From positions 65,284 through 129,283 of the forward strand of contig JANLFO010000005.1 of assembly GCA_024653205.1 (NCBI GenBank): a stretch of 64,000 nucleotides of DNA. The letters run 5' to 3'. A program made the position numbers and the translations under genes. How positions within the stretch are numbered: the first letter of the stretch is position 1; each line of letters opens with the position of its first letter. This stretch comes from Clostridia bacterium (GTDB lineage Bacteria; Bacillota; DSM-521; Neomoorellales; SLTJ01). The notes below the pieces were generated by a model. The model worked only from the letters and a program-made list of their open reading frames with translations, was not told the origin of the DNA and made no database searches. Below, one piece after another: positions 27,823 through 36,943 of the stretch.

Positions 27823-28983
27823 CTACCACCCCGCCGCCGCTATCACGGTCTTGTTGTAAAACAGGGGCACCCCGCAGAGGCTGCTGATTTCACCGAAGGT
27901 AAGCATGCCGAAAACCGGCAGGCCCGGCCCCACCTGCTCCGCCACGGCGGCGATTTCCCTCTGTGCCTCCTGGCCCAACAGCCGCAGGCGGGACACGCAA
28001 TCCAAAACCAGAAGCAATCTCGGGCCCGGAGAAGCCGCCAGGGCCGTCCGCACCGCCCGCCGGGCCGCAGCCACAATCCCTGCGGCATCGGCCTTCATTA
28101 CCGTGGCGATGCTGTTCTCCGGGACCTCGGCCACAAATAGTAGGCTCCCGTCCTCTCCCGCCTCCACCGGATCGCGGATGATGAATTCCCCTCCCACGGC
28201 GGGAAGGCCCAGGGGATAGCGCATCCCCCACCAGGGGAAGGCTTCGCGGGTGCATCCCTCCACCACCTCGGTGTAGCGCACCAATGCCGGCAGGCCGTCG
28301 ATTTCGTAGACCCGCCGACCCTCGGCTCTGGTTACGGCCAGCGGCTCCCCGGTGGGAATCCAGCCGTGCTCCAGCCCCTGGCTTGTCCGCAGCCCGCCGA
28401 GCAGGGCCACAGCCGCGGCCCCGCTCGCCCACCCGGCCTGGGTAAACTGAAAGCCGCAGGGCAGCCGCCGGTGGTCTCCGCTGCCGCCGCCGAGGTAGGC
28501 GTAGTCCGGCCCCAGGGCGTCGTACAGGCCCCGCAGCAGTTCGGAAACGTTAGCGCAGCGGGCGTCCGGAAAAACAAGCACCGTGCCCGGCCTCCCCCCG
28601 GCCGCAGCTGCGGCCGCCAGCGCCCGACCGGCCTCCACGCCCTTGCGGAACGGATCCTCGGCCGCACCCGGTTCCAGGTAAGTGGCGGCATCGACCGCTC
28701 CTCCCCCAAGGGTCAGAACCCCTACCCCCCGGTCATGGACCTTGAAACCGATGATTATACCCGCCGCCCAGGTACCCACGAACGGCCGATCGCCCAGGAG
28801 GCTGCAGACGGCGGCTCGGATTGCCTCCGGATTGTATTCGCCCGCCACCAGTACTACGGTCAGGACCGGCGGTCCGGCGGAAGCCAGCGCCTGCTCCAGG
28901 GCGATCCGGACCGCCGGCTCCGGCTCCGGGTGGTCGCCGAAGCCGATGCCTACCTTTAGGTCGGGTGTGGCTTTTGCCGACAT
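27823..28983 (-). CDS. FIST-domain sensory protein
   Basis: FIST_N/FIST_C-like organisation (GFGDHPEPE..., LGGGSGD, GMLTFGEI). Lies 4 nt upstream of the GGDEF/HD-GYP gene. ATG preceded by GGGGAGGG. Confidence 0.75.
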   Translation of the reverse strand: MSAKATPDLKVGIGFGDHPEPEPAVRIALEQALASAGPPVLTVVLVAGEYNPEAIRAAVCSLLGDRPFVGTWAAGIIIGFKVHDRGVGVLTLGGGAVDAATYLEPGAAEDPFRKGVEAGRALAAAAAAGGRPGTVLVFPDARCANVSELLRGLYDALGPDYAYLGGGSGDHRRLPCGFQFTQAGWASGAAAVALLGGLRTSQGLEHGWIPTGEPLAVTRAEGRRVYEIDGLPALVRYTEVVEGCTREAFPWWGMRYPLGLPAVGGEFIIRDPVEAGEDGSLLFVAEVPENSIATVMKADAAGIVAAARRAVRTALAASPGPRLLLVLDCVSRLRLLGQEAQREIAAVAEQVGPGLPVFGMLTFGEISSLCGVPLFYNKTVIAAAGW

Positions 28984-29241
28984 GCTCGCCCTCCCCTGCG
29001 CTGCCCGCAAACAGGCGAGATTCTTTCGGCGCACACCCGCCAAAACCCTGCTTTGGGCGGCTTCCAGGCGCCAAATTTCTTCCCTGCGCTCGCGGCAACC
29101 TCCTTCTCGAGGCAATTCGACGCTCCGAGGGCCCGGCACCGCCCTCAGGAGGCCCAACCGGGCAGGGTGCGCAGCCGGCGGCGCGGCCGGTCGGTGCCGG
29201 GGCGCGCCGCCGGGGTGGCTGCGGGAACCGGTTCCGCCTTT

Positions 29242-29790
29242 CTAGGCCAGGAGTTCCTTGCCCAGGCGGAACGCCTCCTCCAGCAGGGCCGGGCGGCTCT
29301 TCACCGTGTTGGGATCGTTCATCTGGTTGCCGCCCACAACTCCCTTGAGCTCCATGTTCAGCGCCCGGGCCACGTGCCGGGCCACGTCTTCGACCATCTG
29401 CCGGCTCTCTCCCATGCCCTGCGAGTATACCATGACCATCTTCTTGCCCCTGGGGAAGGTGCTCCCCACTCCGGGCCGGAGGAAGACGAAGAGCCGGTCC
29501 ATGAAGAGCTTGGTCTGGGCGCTCACGTAGTCGATGTACACCGGAGTGCCCAGAACCAGGCCGTCGCAGCCCAGGAGCGCGTCCAGGATCCGCTGCATGT
29601 CGTCCTCCTGCCGGCAGCGATTGTGCTCCTTGCAGTAGTTGCAGGCCTGGCAGCCGCGGACGTTCATCTCGTTCAGAATGAAACATTCCGTCTGGGCTCC
29701 CGCCGCGGCGGCTCCCTCCAGCACCTTTTGTACCAGGGTCTCGCAGTTGGCACCCCGGCGCGGGCTGCCTACAACTCCTACCACCTTCAT
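29242..29790 (-). CDS. flavodoxin-like fold NAD(P)H-dependent FMN reductase / iron-sulfur flavoprotein
   Basis: MKVVGVVGSPRRG...C..C..C cluster motif (RGCQACNYCKEHNRC) and LVLGTPVY. Start trimmed to the ATG after AAGGAGAGGG. Confidence 0.8.
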   Translation of the reverse strand: MKVVGVVGSPRRGANCETLVQKVLEGAAAAGAQTECFILNEMNVRGCQACNYCKEHNRCRQEDDMQRILDALLGCDGLVLGTPVYIDYVSAQTKLFMDRLFVFLRPGVGSTFPRGKKMVMVYSQGMGESRQMVEDVARHVARALNMELKGVVGGNQMNDPNTVKSRPALLEEAFRLGKELLA

Positions 29791-30061
29791 CCTGCTACCC
29801 TCTCCTTTCTCTACCGGGAACGATTTGGACGTTTCTAATATAACTCCTGTCCCCAGGATGTGGAAGACCCCTGGTGCCTTCCCCGCGGGCGCGGTCGCCA
29901 AAAAACCGGCATTCAGGGAGGTTACTTCGACCGCTCGTAGTCCGGCCCCCGCCCGGCCGGAGTCCTTCGGGTCTTCTGCCCGGCAAGCGGGAAGGAATTG
30001 CCTGGGGCAAAGCAGAATTAGAGACGAACTGGGTAGGATATTGACACGAGGAGGGTGGCAA

Positions 30062-31399
30062 GTGTCGAGAGAAGGCGAAACGGCGGCAGTAAGTGCAGAA
30101 GGTCTGTGGGAAAGATGGTTCCACCTGGCGGAGAATGGTACCAACGTCCGCACCGAGGTATTGGCGGGGCTCACTACCTTTGTTACCATGGCCTACATTA
30201 TCCTGGTTAACCCGTTGATCCTAAAAGACGCGGGTCTGAACCAGGGTGCGGTGTTCGTGGCCACCATCCTGGCCACGGTCATCTCTACCGCCTTCATGGG
30301 GCTGTATGCCAACTACCCCTTTGCGCTGGCGCCGGGTATGGGCCTGAACAGCTTTTTCGCCTACGTGATGTGCGGCGCCATGGGGCTGCCCTGGACCGTG
30401 GCCCTGGGAGCGGTGTTCCTCTCCGGCGTGGTGGCGGTAATCGTCACCCTGACCGGACTGCGCGAGCTTCTTATCAAGGCCATTCCCGCCCCGCTCAAGC
30501 ACGCGGTGGGAGCCGGCATCGGCATGTTCATCGCCTTTATCGGCTTCAAGAACGCGGGAATCATCGTGGATAACCCCAATACCCTGGTCGACCTGGGCAA
30601 CTTCCGCGATCCCGGCGTACTCCTGGCCACCATAGGCCTGGTCATCACCGCCGTGCTGGTGGCCCGGCAGGTCAAAGGCGGTATCATCCTGGGAATAATC
30701 ATCACCGCCCTGATCGGTATACCCATGGGCGCTACCAAGGTCCCGGAGGCGGTCATGAGCCTGCCTCCCAGTCTTGACCCCACCCTGTTCAAGCTGGACG
30801 TGGTGGGGGCGCTCAAGGTCGCGCTGCTCCCCACCATCTTCTCCCTGTTCTTCGCCGACCTCTTCGATACCATCGGCACCTTCGTGGGCGTGGCCGGCAG
30901 GACCGGTATGATCGACGAGCAGGGACGGCTCAAGCGCGGCAACCGGGCCCTGTTCGCCGACTCCCTGGGCACCATCTTCGGTTCCCTGCTGGGCACCAGC
31001 AACACCACCACCTACGTGGAGAGTGCCGCCGGGGTGAGCGCCGGGGGCCGCACCGGCCTGACTTCACTGGTGGTGGCAGCGCTGTTCCTGCTGGCCCTGG
31101 TCTTCTCACCCCTGGCCCTGGCGGTTCCCGGCCAGGCCACCGCGCCGGCGCTGATCATCGTGGGCGTGCTCATGGCCGCCAGCCTGGTGGAGATCGAGTT
31201 CCGCAACTTCCGCGAGGCCTTCCCGGCCTTCCTAACCGCCCTGCTCATGCCCCTGACCTTCAGCATTTCCCTGGGCCTGTCCGTAGGTTTCATAGCCTAC
31301 GCCCTGGTCAACCTCCTGGTGGGCCGGGCCCGGGAAGTACACTGGCTCATGTACGCGCTGGCCGTGCTTTTTGCCCTCTACTTTGCCTTCGTGCGCTAG
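30062..31399 (+). CDS. NCS2/AzgA-family purine (adenine/guanine/hypoxanthine) permease
   Basis: NVRTEVLAGLTTFVTMAYIILVNP, APGMGLNSFF and TTYVESAAGV signatures. GTG start after GGAGGG. Confidence 0.9.
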   Translation: MSREGETAAVSAEGLWERWFHLAENGTNVRTEVLAGLTTFVTMAYIILVNPLILKDAGLNQGAVFVATILATVISTAFMGLYANYPFALAPGMGLNSFFAYVMCGAMGLPWTVALGAVFLSGVVAVIVTLTGLRELLIKAIPAPLKHAVGAGIGMFIAFIGFKNAGIIVDNPNTLVDLGNFRDPGVLLATIGLVITAVLVARQVKGGIILGIIITALIGIPMGATKVPEAVMSLPPSLDPTLFKLDVVGALKVALLPTIFSLFFADLFDTIGTFVGVAGRTGMIDEQGRLKRGNRALFADSLGTIFGSLLGTSNTTTYVESAAGVSAGGRTGLTSLVVAALFLLALVFSPLALAVPGQATAPALIIVGVLMAASLVEIEFRNFREAFPAFLTALLMPLTFSISLGLSVGFIAYALVNLLVGRAREVHWLMYALAVLFALYFAFVR

Positions 31400-31527
31400 G
31401 GGAGAAAAGCGGCCCTTGCGTGGGTTCGGGAGCGGTTCTTCCGGCACGGGCGGTGCCCTTCGCCCGCCGTGTCCGGCTTCTTTCCGGTCAAGCTTCTCGT
31501 CGCCTAGACTAAGGAGGGATTCTCGCC

Positions 31528-33102
31528 ATGATCACCCTGGACTTGCCGGAAAGGTACAATGCGGTCACCACCTTTGTGGACGGCCACGTGGAGGCCGGGC
31601 GTGCCGACCGGGTGGCCATACGCTACGGTGATGAGGAGATCACCTACGGCCGGGTATATTCCATGGTCAACCGCTGCGGAAATGTCCTCCTCTCCCTGGG
31701 AGTAGAGATGGAGAACCGCGTCCTGTTGCTCCTGCCCGACTCTCCCGAGCTGGTCTACGCTTTCTTCGGCGCCATGAAAATCGGGGCCGTGCCCGTGCCG
31801 GTGAACAATCGCCTCACCGCCCAGGACTACCTGTACATCCTCAACGACAGCCGGGCCAAGGTGCTGGTGCTCGCCGAGGCACTGCTCCCCGCCATAGAAT
31901 CCATCCGCCCGCAGCTCAAGTACCTCAAGCATGCCCTGGTGGTGGGCCCGGCCCCGCCGGGCTACCTCGGCTTCCACGAGCTTCTTTCCGCCGCCTCGCC
32001 GGACCTGGACCCCGCCGACACCCACCGCGACGACGTGGCCTTCTGGCTGTACAGTTCCGGCAGCACCGGGCTTCCCAAGGGAGTGGTACACCTTCACCAC
32101 GACTGGATCCACTGCTGCGAGTTCTACGCCAAAGGGGTTTTGGGAATTACGCCCGAGGACGTTTCCCTTTCGGTCTCGAAGTGCTTTCACGCGTACGGGC
32201 TGGGCAACGTGCTCATCTTTCCCTTCTACGTCGGCGGCTGCACCGTGCTCTACCCGGACGTACCCCGCCCCGAGCCCTTCCTGGCCGCCGCCGAGCGCAA
32301 CCGGGTCAGCCTCTTTTACGGGGTGCCGACCTTTTTCGCCCTGGCGCTGGCCATCCCGGACATAGAGAAGAAGTATCCCCTCCGCCACCTGAGGCTCTGC
32401 GTTTCCGCCGGCGAGCCCCTGCCCGCAGCGGTGTACACCCGCTGGAAAGAGCGCTTCGGGGTGGAAATCCTCGACGGAATCGGCAGCACGGAGGTTTTGC
32501 ACATCTATATTTCCTCCCGGCCGGGACGGGTAAAGCCCGGAAGCTGCGGCCAGCCGGTGGAAGGCTACGACGTGCGCATCCTGGACGACCGTGGGCGGGA
32601 ACTGGGCCTGGGCGAAACCGGGACCCTGTGGGTGCGGGGGGAGAGCGTTACCCCGTATTTCTGGAACAAGCACCAGAAGACCAAGGCGCAAATCGTTGGG
32701 GAGTGGTACAATACCGGCGACCGGTGGCACCGGGACGAAGAAGGTTACTTCTGGTATGCCGGAAGGTCGGACGATGCCTTCAAGTCCCGGGGAGAATGGG
32801 TGGAACCGGTGGAGATAGAGAACGTGCTCATCGAGCACGAGGCGGTGCTGGAAAGCGGAGTGGTGGGAGTGGAGGACAGGGACGGGCTGCTCAAACCCAT
32901 GGCCTTCGTGGTGCTGAAGCCGGGCTTCGCAGCCTCGGAAACCCTGGCGGATGAGCTCAGGGCCTTCGTGCGCTCCCGCCTGGCCGGTTATAAGGTTCCT
33001 ACCTGGATCCGGTTCGTTTCCGACCTGCCGAAAACCGCCACCGGGAAGATCCAGCGCTTCCGGCTGCGCGACGAGGCTGCGGCCGCGCGGGCGGAGGCTT
33101 AG
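31528..33102 (+). CDS. benzoate-CoA-ligase-family AMP-dependent aryl-CoA synthetase
   Basis: AMP-binding motif WLYSSGSTGLPKGVVH, YNTGDRW, and C-terminal PKTATGKIQRF. Confidence 0.85.
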   Translation: MITLDLPERYNAVTTFVDGHVEAGRADRVAIRYGDEEITYGRVYSMVNRCGNVLLSLGVEMENRVLLLLPDSPELVYAFFGAMKIGAVPVPVNNRLTAQDYLYILNDSRAKVLVLAEALLPAIESIRPQLKYLKHALVVGPAPPGYLGFHELLSAASPDLDPADTHRDDVAFWLYSSGSTGLPKGVVHLHHDWIHCCEFYAKGVLGITPEDVSLSVSKCFHAYGLGNVLIFPFYVGGCTVLYPDVPRPEPFLAAAERNRVSLFYGVPTFFALALAIPDIEKKYPLRHLRLCVSAGEPLPAAVYTRWKERFGVEILDGIGSTEVLHIYISSRPGRVKPGSCGQPVEGYDVRILDDRGRELGLGETGTLWVRGESVTPYFWNKHQKTKAQIVGEWYNTGDRWHRDEEGYFWYAGRSDDAFKSRGEWVEPVEIENVLIEHEAVLESGVVGVEDRDGLLKPMAFVVLKPGFAASETLADELRAFVRSRLAGYKVPTWIRFVSDLPKTATGKIQRFRLRDEAAAARAEA

Positions 33103-34781
33103 GCCAGCAGCCCGGCGCGCTCGCGCTCCCGCACCGCGCCGACGAAAGCCGGCACCAGCTGCGGGTCGTACAGGGTGCCGGCGCTGCGGATTATCTCCTG
33201 CAGGGCTTCGGAGGTGGTCAGGGCCCGGCGGTAGGGCCGGCTGCTGGTCATGGCGTCAAAGCTGTCCGCCAGCCTGATGATACGGGCCAGGAGGCTTATG
33301 CTCTCTCCCTGCAGCCCGTCCGGGTAGCCGGAACCGTCGTAGTTCTCGTGGTGAGAGCGCACCGCTTCCGCCGCCCGCCGGAAGGCGGGGAGAACTCCCA
33401 GCATCTCGCTGCCCCATACCGGGTGACGCTTCATGACCTCCCATTCCTCGTCGTCCAGCCGGCCGGGCTTGGTGAGGATCTCGTGCGGGACCTCCAGCTT
33501 GCCGATGTCGTGCAGGTAAGCGGCGTGGCGCAGGACGGTCTTGTCTTCCTCCGAAAGACCCAGCTTGTCCGCCAGCGCCAGGGTGTACACCACCACCCGC
33601 TCGGAGTGGCCGAAGGTGTAGCGGTCGCGCAGGTTTACCAGGGCCACGAAAGCCTGCAGGGCGCCGAAGGCGTCCTCCCGCCGTAGCGTGTCGAGCTGCC
33701 CCAGGATGGACTTGTAGAGGTAGGTCTTGCCCCGGCTGTACTTAACGCGGAAGAGATCGTCATCTGCCGCCTGGTAGAGGGCCCCGGCTTCGGCGGCATC
33801 GGTGGGATAAACAGCCAGGCCGTAGTTCACCGCCGGCCGCAGGACGAGGGCCTCGGGTTCCTGGCGGGCCAGGTACTCCTTGAGCACCTGTTCGGCCTGG
33901 AGACATAGGTCCTCGCCCACTTCCACCGCCTCCATCTTCGCCGTTTTCGGGAGCACCACGGCAAACCTGGCTCCACCTGACCGGGCGGCGTAAGCTCCGG
34001 CCGGTAACGCGCGCTTAACCACTTCCGCCATGAGGGTGAGCATCTCGTCGCCCCTCTGGAAACCCAGGCGGGCGTTGTAATGCCGGAACTGGTCGAGATC
34101 CAGAAGCAACAGGGCTACGGGACTTCCCAGGGGGCCGGCCTCCGCCAGGGAGCGGCCCAGGGCTTCCAGGAGGCGACGGTCGTTGAGCAGGCCGGTGAGA
34201 GGATCGCGGTCGGCCAGGGTGGCCAGCTCCGCCTGGGTCCGGCGCTCCACCCGGATGAGGCTGGCCACCAGCCAGGCCAGCAGCACGGTCACGCCGAGGA
34301 CTATGGCGTCCACCCGGAATACTTCGGGGGAGATGCCTCCCAGGGCCCGGTAGTCCACCCAGAAAACCAGGCTGCCGGCCAGGGCCGCCACCAGGGTTCC
34401 CCAAACCGGCCCCAGGACCACGCCGGAAACCACGGCGGGAACGATCAGCACCACCTTGGCGCCCTCGTAGCCGTGGCTGTGCCACAGCAGCGCCGCAGCG
34501 AGCGGAAGCACCACCACCAGCAACAGGATTTCGTCCACGCGCGGCGCTCCCAGGGAGGGAACCTGGATCAGGAGCTTCCGACCGACGTACAGGGCGGCCA
34601 CGGCTAGGAATGGCAAAAGACTAATGTAGCTGGAAACATAGCTTGGATAGTCTATGTTGCCACCGAGGCGAGTGCCATAGAGACTCCCCAGCATCCAGGC
34701 AAAGAACAGAAAACAAAAAGCATTGAAGATTACCAGGATGTCGGAAACCTCGCGGCCCCTTCTCTTTATCCAGTTGCCCAT
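33099..34781 (-). CDS. membrane sensor (about 6 TM) with a degenerate GGDEF and an intact HD-GYP c-di-GMP phosphodiesterase domain
   Basis: About 200 N-terminal hydrophobic residues. The GGDEF-fold A-site reads SGGARF. HD-GYP is intact (HDIGK...HHENYDGSGYPDGL). ATG preceded by GGAGGGGAGG. Confidence 0.85.
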   Translation of the reverse strand: MGNWIKRRGREVSDILVIFNAFCFLFFAWMLGSLYGTRLGGNIDYPSYVSSYISLLPFLAVAALYVGRKLLIQVPSLGAPRVDEILLLVVVLPLAAALLWHSHGYEGAKVVLIVPAVVSGVVLGPVWGTLVAALAGSLVFWVDYRALGGISPEVFRVDAIVLGVTVLLAWLVASLIRVERRTQAELATLADRDPLTGLLNDRRLLEALGRSLAEAGPLGSPVALLLLDLDQFRHYNARLGFQRGDEMLTLMAEVVKRALPAGAYAARSGGARFAVVLPKTAKMEAVEVGEDLCLQAEQVLKEYLARQEPEALVLRPAVNYGLAVYPTDAAEAGALYQAADDDLFRVKYSRGKTYLYKSILGQLDTLRREDAFGALQAFVALVNLRDRYTFGHSERVVVYTLALADKLGLSEEDKTVLRHAAYLHDIGKLEVPHEILTKPGRLDDEEWEVMKRHPVWGSEMLGVLPAFRRAAEAVRSHHENYDGSGYPDGLQGESISLLARIIRLADSFDAMTSSRPYRRALTTSEALQEIIRSAGTLYDPQLVPAFVGAVRERERAGLLA

Positions 34782-34809
34782 GGCTGGCCTCCCCTCCTGC
34801 CAGAGGCGT

Positions 34810-34842
34810 CTGGGCCCAGCCACCTCCTCGGTGGGGGCCCAG
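34810..34842 (-). promoter_or_regulatory. strong GC hairpin between agrD and the HD-GYP gene
   Basis: CUGGGCCCCCACC-GAGGA-GGUGG(CU)GGGCCCAG, about 13 bp, with no U-tract. It is a possible attenuator or mRNA-stability element. Confidence 0.4.
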
Positions 34843-34858
34843 ACGTTCCAGAAGCCCC

Positions 34859-34993
34859 TTATTCCTCCACCAGAGCGGAGGGCACTTCCGGCTGATACAA
34901 CAACATGACACACGCAGGTCTTACCCCGATCACCGCCACCAACGCCAGCATGGAGCCCACTACCGGCAGCAGGCGCGCCAACAGCCTCTTCAA
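34859..34993 (-). CDS. agrD: AgrD-type cyclic (thio)lactone autoinducer peptide precursor, 44 aa (not in the ORF track)
   Basis: Hand translation gives (TTG)KRLLARLLPVVGSMLALVAVIGVRPACVMLLYQPEVPSALVEE*. It has an amphipathic leader, a single Cys followed by 4 hydrophobic residues, and then the conserved YQPEVPxxL acidic recognition tail. Starts 8 nt after the agrB stop, with an AAGGGG Shine-Dalgarno sequence. Confidence 0.7.
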   Translation of the reverse strand: MKRLLARLLPVVGSMLALVAVIGVRPACVMLLYQPEVPSALVEE

Positions 34994-34998
34994 CCCTA

Positions 34999-35613
34999 TC
35001 ACCCCTTTCCCATGGCAAGATTATCCACGGCCGCGACCAGCCGGTGGCCGGCCCGGGTAAGGGTTAGGCCCTGCCACCAGAGGCCGCCGCCGAGGGCCAA
35101 GGCCAGATCCGCGCGCCACGGGAGCAGCGCCAGGGACGCGACGCCCAGCAGGACGAGCGCCGAGAGCGACAGCCGCCGCAGGCGGCGCCGCCTTTCCGCC
35201 GACCTTACGGGATGGGCGGGCGTATCCACGGGCGCCAGCGTGGCCACCACTACCGCCGTCCACACCAGAGCCGCGCCCACGATTGCCGCAATCGCCGCCG
35301 GGGGCAGATCCGCCAGTTCCCGGGCCGTCCGCCCCAGTCCCGCGGCCACGACCGCTCCCACCAGGCAGCAGACCAGGGGCGAGCGGCTGTGGGCGCCGCC
35401 GCTGAAGAGGCGCAGGGTGCTCGTCCCCACCGTGGCCACCAGAGCGCCCGCCAGGGCGCCGGCCAGCCAACCGGCCAGGGCCACCGCCGCCCAGTCTGCG
35501 GCCGTATACACCAGCACCTGGAGCCCGTAACGGATAACCTCTTCTTCCGCCGGGGACAGCTCCAGCCTCCGCGCCAGGCCGGAGGCCGCCGGCCGCACGA
35601 ACTCCAGCTTCAC
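34999..35613 (-). CDS. agrB: AgrB-family accessory gene regulator B (AgrD-processing membrane endopeptidase)
   Basis: Polytopic membrane protein with RLFSGGAHSRSPLVCCLVG. The His and Cys are 7 residues apart, as in the catalytic H77/C84 pair of S. aureus AgrB. GTG start. Confidence 0.85.
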   Translation of the reverse strand: MKLEFVRPAASGLARRLELSPAEEEVIRYGLQVLVYTAADWAAVALAGWLAGALAGALVATVGTSTLRLFSGGAHSRSPLVCCLVGAVVAAGLGRTARELADLPPAAIAAIVGAALVWTAVVVATLAPVDTPAHPVRSAERRRRLRRLSLSALVLLGVASLALLPWRADLALALGGGLWWQGLTLTRAGHRLVAAVDNLAMGKG

Positions 35614-36179
35614 GGCACCAACGTACCCCGCCTCCGGTTGTAAGCATTGACCGCCAGGGCCACGGCCAGGAGCACCGCCTCGTAGGGTGCGGCAAAGAGA
35701 GCCCGATAGAAGGGGTTGACAAATACTTCCTGATAAGTCATTTTGGTCACGCTCAATAGGGGTTTCAAATATAAGAACTCAGTCCCGATGGTGATGGCAA
35801 AGCAGAGTAGGACAGCGTAAAGGACTCGCGCCATCCGTGCCCTGGTAAAGGCCCAAGTGTATAGGGCCAACGAAACCACCAACACCACCGTATGCACTAC
35901 GGGCAACAGGCGCACCAGATTGGTGGCGGTCTGCAACAGGGCAATGTAGAAGGTCCGGGGCCTCAGCAGGCGATAGTTGAGGAAGCTGAGCACAACCAGG
36001 GTCATAACCAAACTTTCCGGAAAATCCTGCAGCGCCAGTGCGTAGAGCAAGCCTGGAAAGCGCTCTTCTACCAACTCCTGCACCTCCGCCCTGCCCGTCG
36101 GGCAACGGCACCGATACGGGCGCCTTCCTTCCGGTACATTCGACGGACAGGGCAGAATTTCCTCCTCCATCGCCGGCAT
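35610..36179 (-). CDS. polytopic membrane protein of unknown function, translationally coupled to agrB
   Basis: Cys-rich cytoplasmic N-terminus (CPSNVPEGRRPYRCRCP) and about 5 TM helices. Its TGA stop overlaps the agrB GTG start (GTGA). Only the 3' 570 nt of track ORF 35610..36761 is credible. Confidence 0.6.
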   Translation of the reverse strand: MPAMEEEILPCPSNVPEGRRPYRCRCPTGRAEVQELVEERFPGLLYALALQDFPESLVMTLVVLSFLNYRLLRPRTFYIALLQTATNLVRLLPVVHTVVLVVSLALYTWAFTRARMARVLYAVLLCFAITIGTEFLYLKPLLSVTKMTYQEVFVNPFYRALFAAPYEAVLLAVALAVNAYNRRRGTLVP

Positions 36180-36208
36180 TTTCCATGTCCGGCCGGGCCG
36201 CGCCCGGC

Positions 36209-36874
36209 TTACCAGCCGAAGAGCCGCACCACCTCCGCCAGGGGGCGCCGGGTGCTGCGGAAGCGGTTGATGAGCGCGTCGGCATCGGCCCGACCGAGGG
36301 CCACGCCGATCACGACGGCCAGCTCTTCCGGAATGCCCAACTCGGCCCGGATCAGATCCGGGTAGGCTACCAGGTTGACCGCCGGGGCGGAATCCAGCCC
36401 GTACTCCCGCGCGGCCAGCATCAGGCTCTGGGCGAAAGACCCCAAATCGAAGAGGGACCACGGGTTGAGGCTGCGGTCCATGCAGAGATAGACCACCACC
36501 GGAGCCCCGAAAAAGGAGTAGTTGTACCGGGCTATGGCCTGCCTGGTTTCCGGGGCCTCGGGGTCGAGCCCCAGGAGCTTTAACCGCGTACCCTGGAGCG
36601 CCTCTATCCGCTTCTGGTGGGCGGCCGGCCAGTGCTGCACCGGCTCCAGATCGAACCTGGGCGCTACTCCCTGCTCCAGCCGGGCCAGATAGCCGGCCCG
36701 CAGCCTTTCCAGGACTTCGCCCGTGGCCACGAAGACCTCCCAGGGCTGGGTGTTGGCCCAAGAGGGTGCCTGGTTGGCCGCCTCCAGAATCCGCATCACG
36801 GTATCCTTGTCCACCGGATCGGGCCGAAAGGCCCGGATAGTTCGCCGGGAAAGAATGGCCTCGACGACGTTCAC
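36209..36874 (-). CDS. nitroreductase-family oxidoreductase
   Basis: ILSRRTIRAF and QAPSWANTQPWEV signatures. GTG start after GGGAGGAGG. Confidence 0.9.
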   Translation of the reverse strand: MNVVEAILSRRTIRAFRPDPVDKDTVMRILEAANQAPSWANTQPWEVFVATGEVLERLRAGYLARLEQGVAPRFDLEPVQHWPAAHQKRIEALQGTRLKLLGLDPEAPETRQAIARYNYSFFGAPVVVYLCMDRSLNPWSLFDLGSFAQSLMLAAREYGLDSAPAVNLVAYPDLIRAELGIPEELAVVIGVALGRADADALINRFRSTRRPLAEVVRLFGW

Positions 36875-36943
36875 GGCTTTCCTCCTCCCGGTTGCCGTCC
36901 TTTGACGGCGTTCGTCGGCTTCGCTCCTTACTGCCTTAATAAT

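Noticed and set aside
29791-30061. Possible purine riboswitch upstream of the NCS2/AzgA purine permease.
   Set aside because: I looked for the conserved purine-riboswitch core (UAUAAU...GAUAUGG...CCGUAAA...GACUAUG-like junctions) and did not see it. An Rfam scan would be needed to be sure.
36180-36761. The 5' two-thirds of track ORF 35610..36761 (383 aa).
   Set aside because: It overlaps the nitroreductase gene in another frame and reads as Gly/Arg/Pro low-complexity sequence. Only the last 570 nt (from ATG 36179) look like a real membrane protein.
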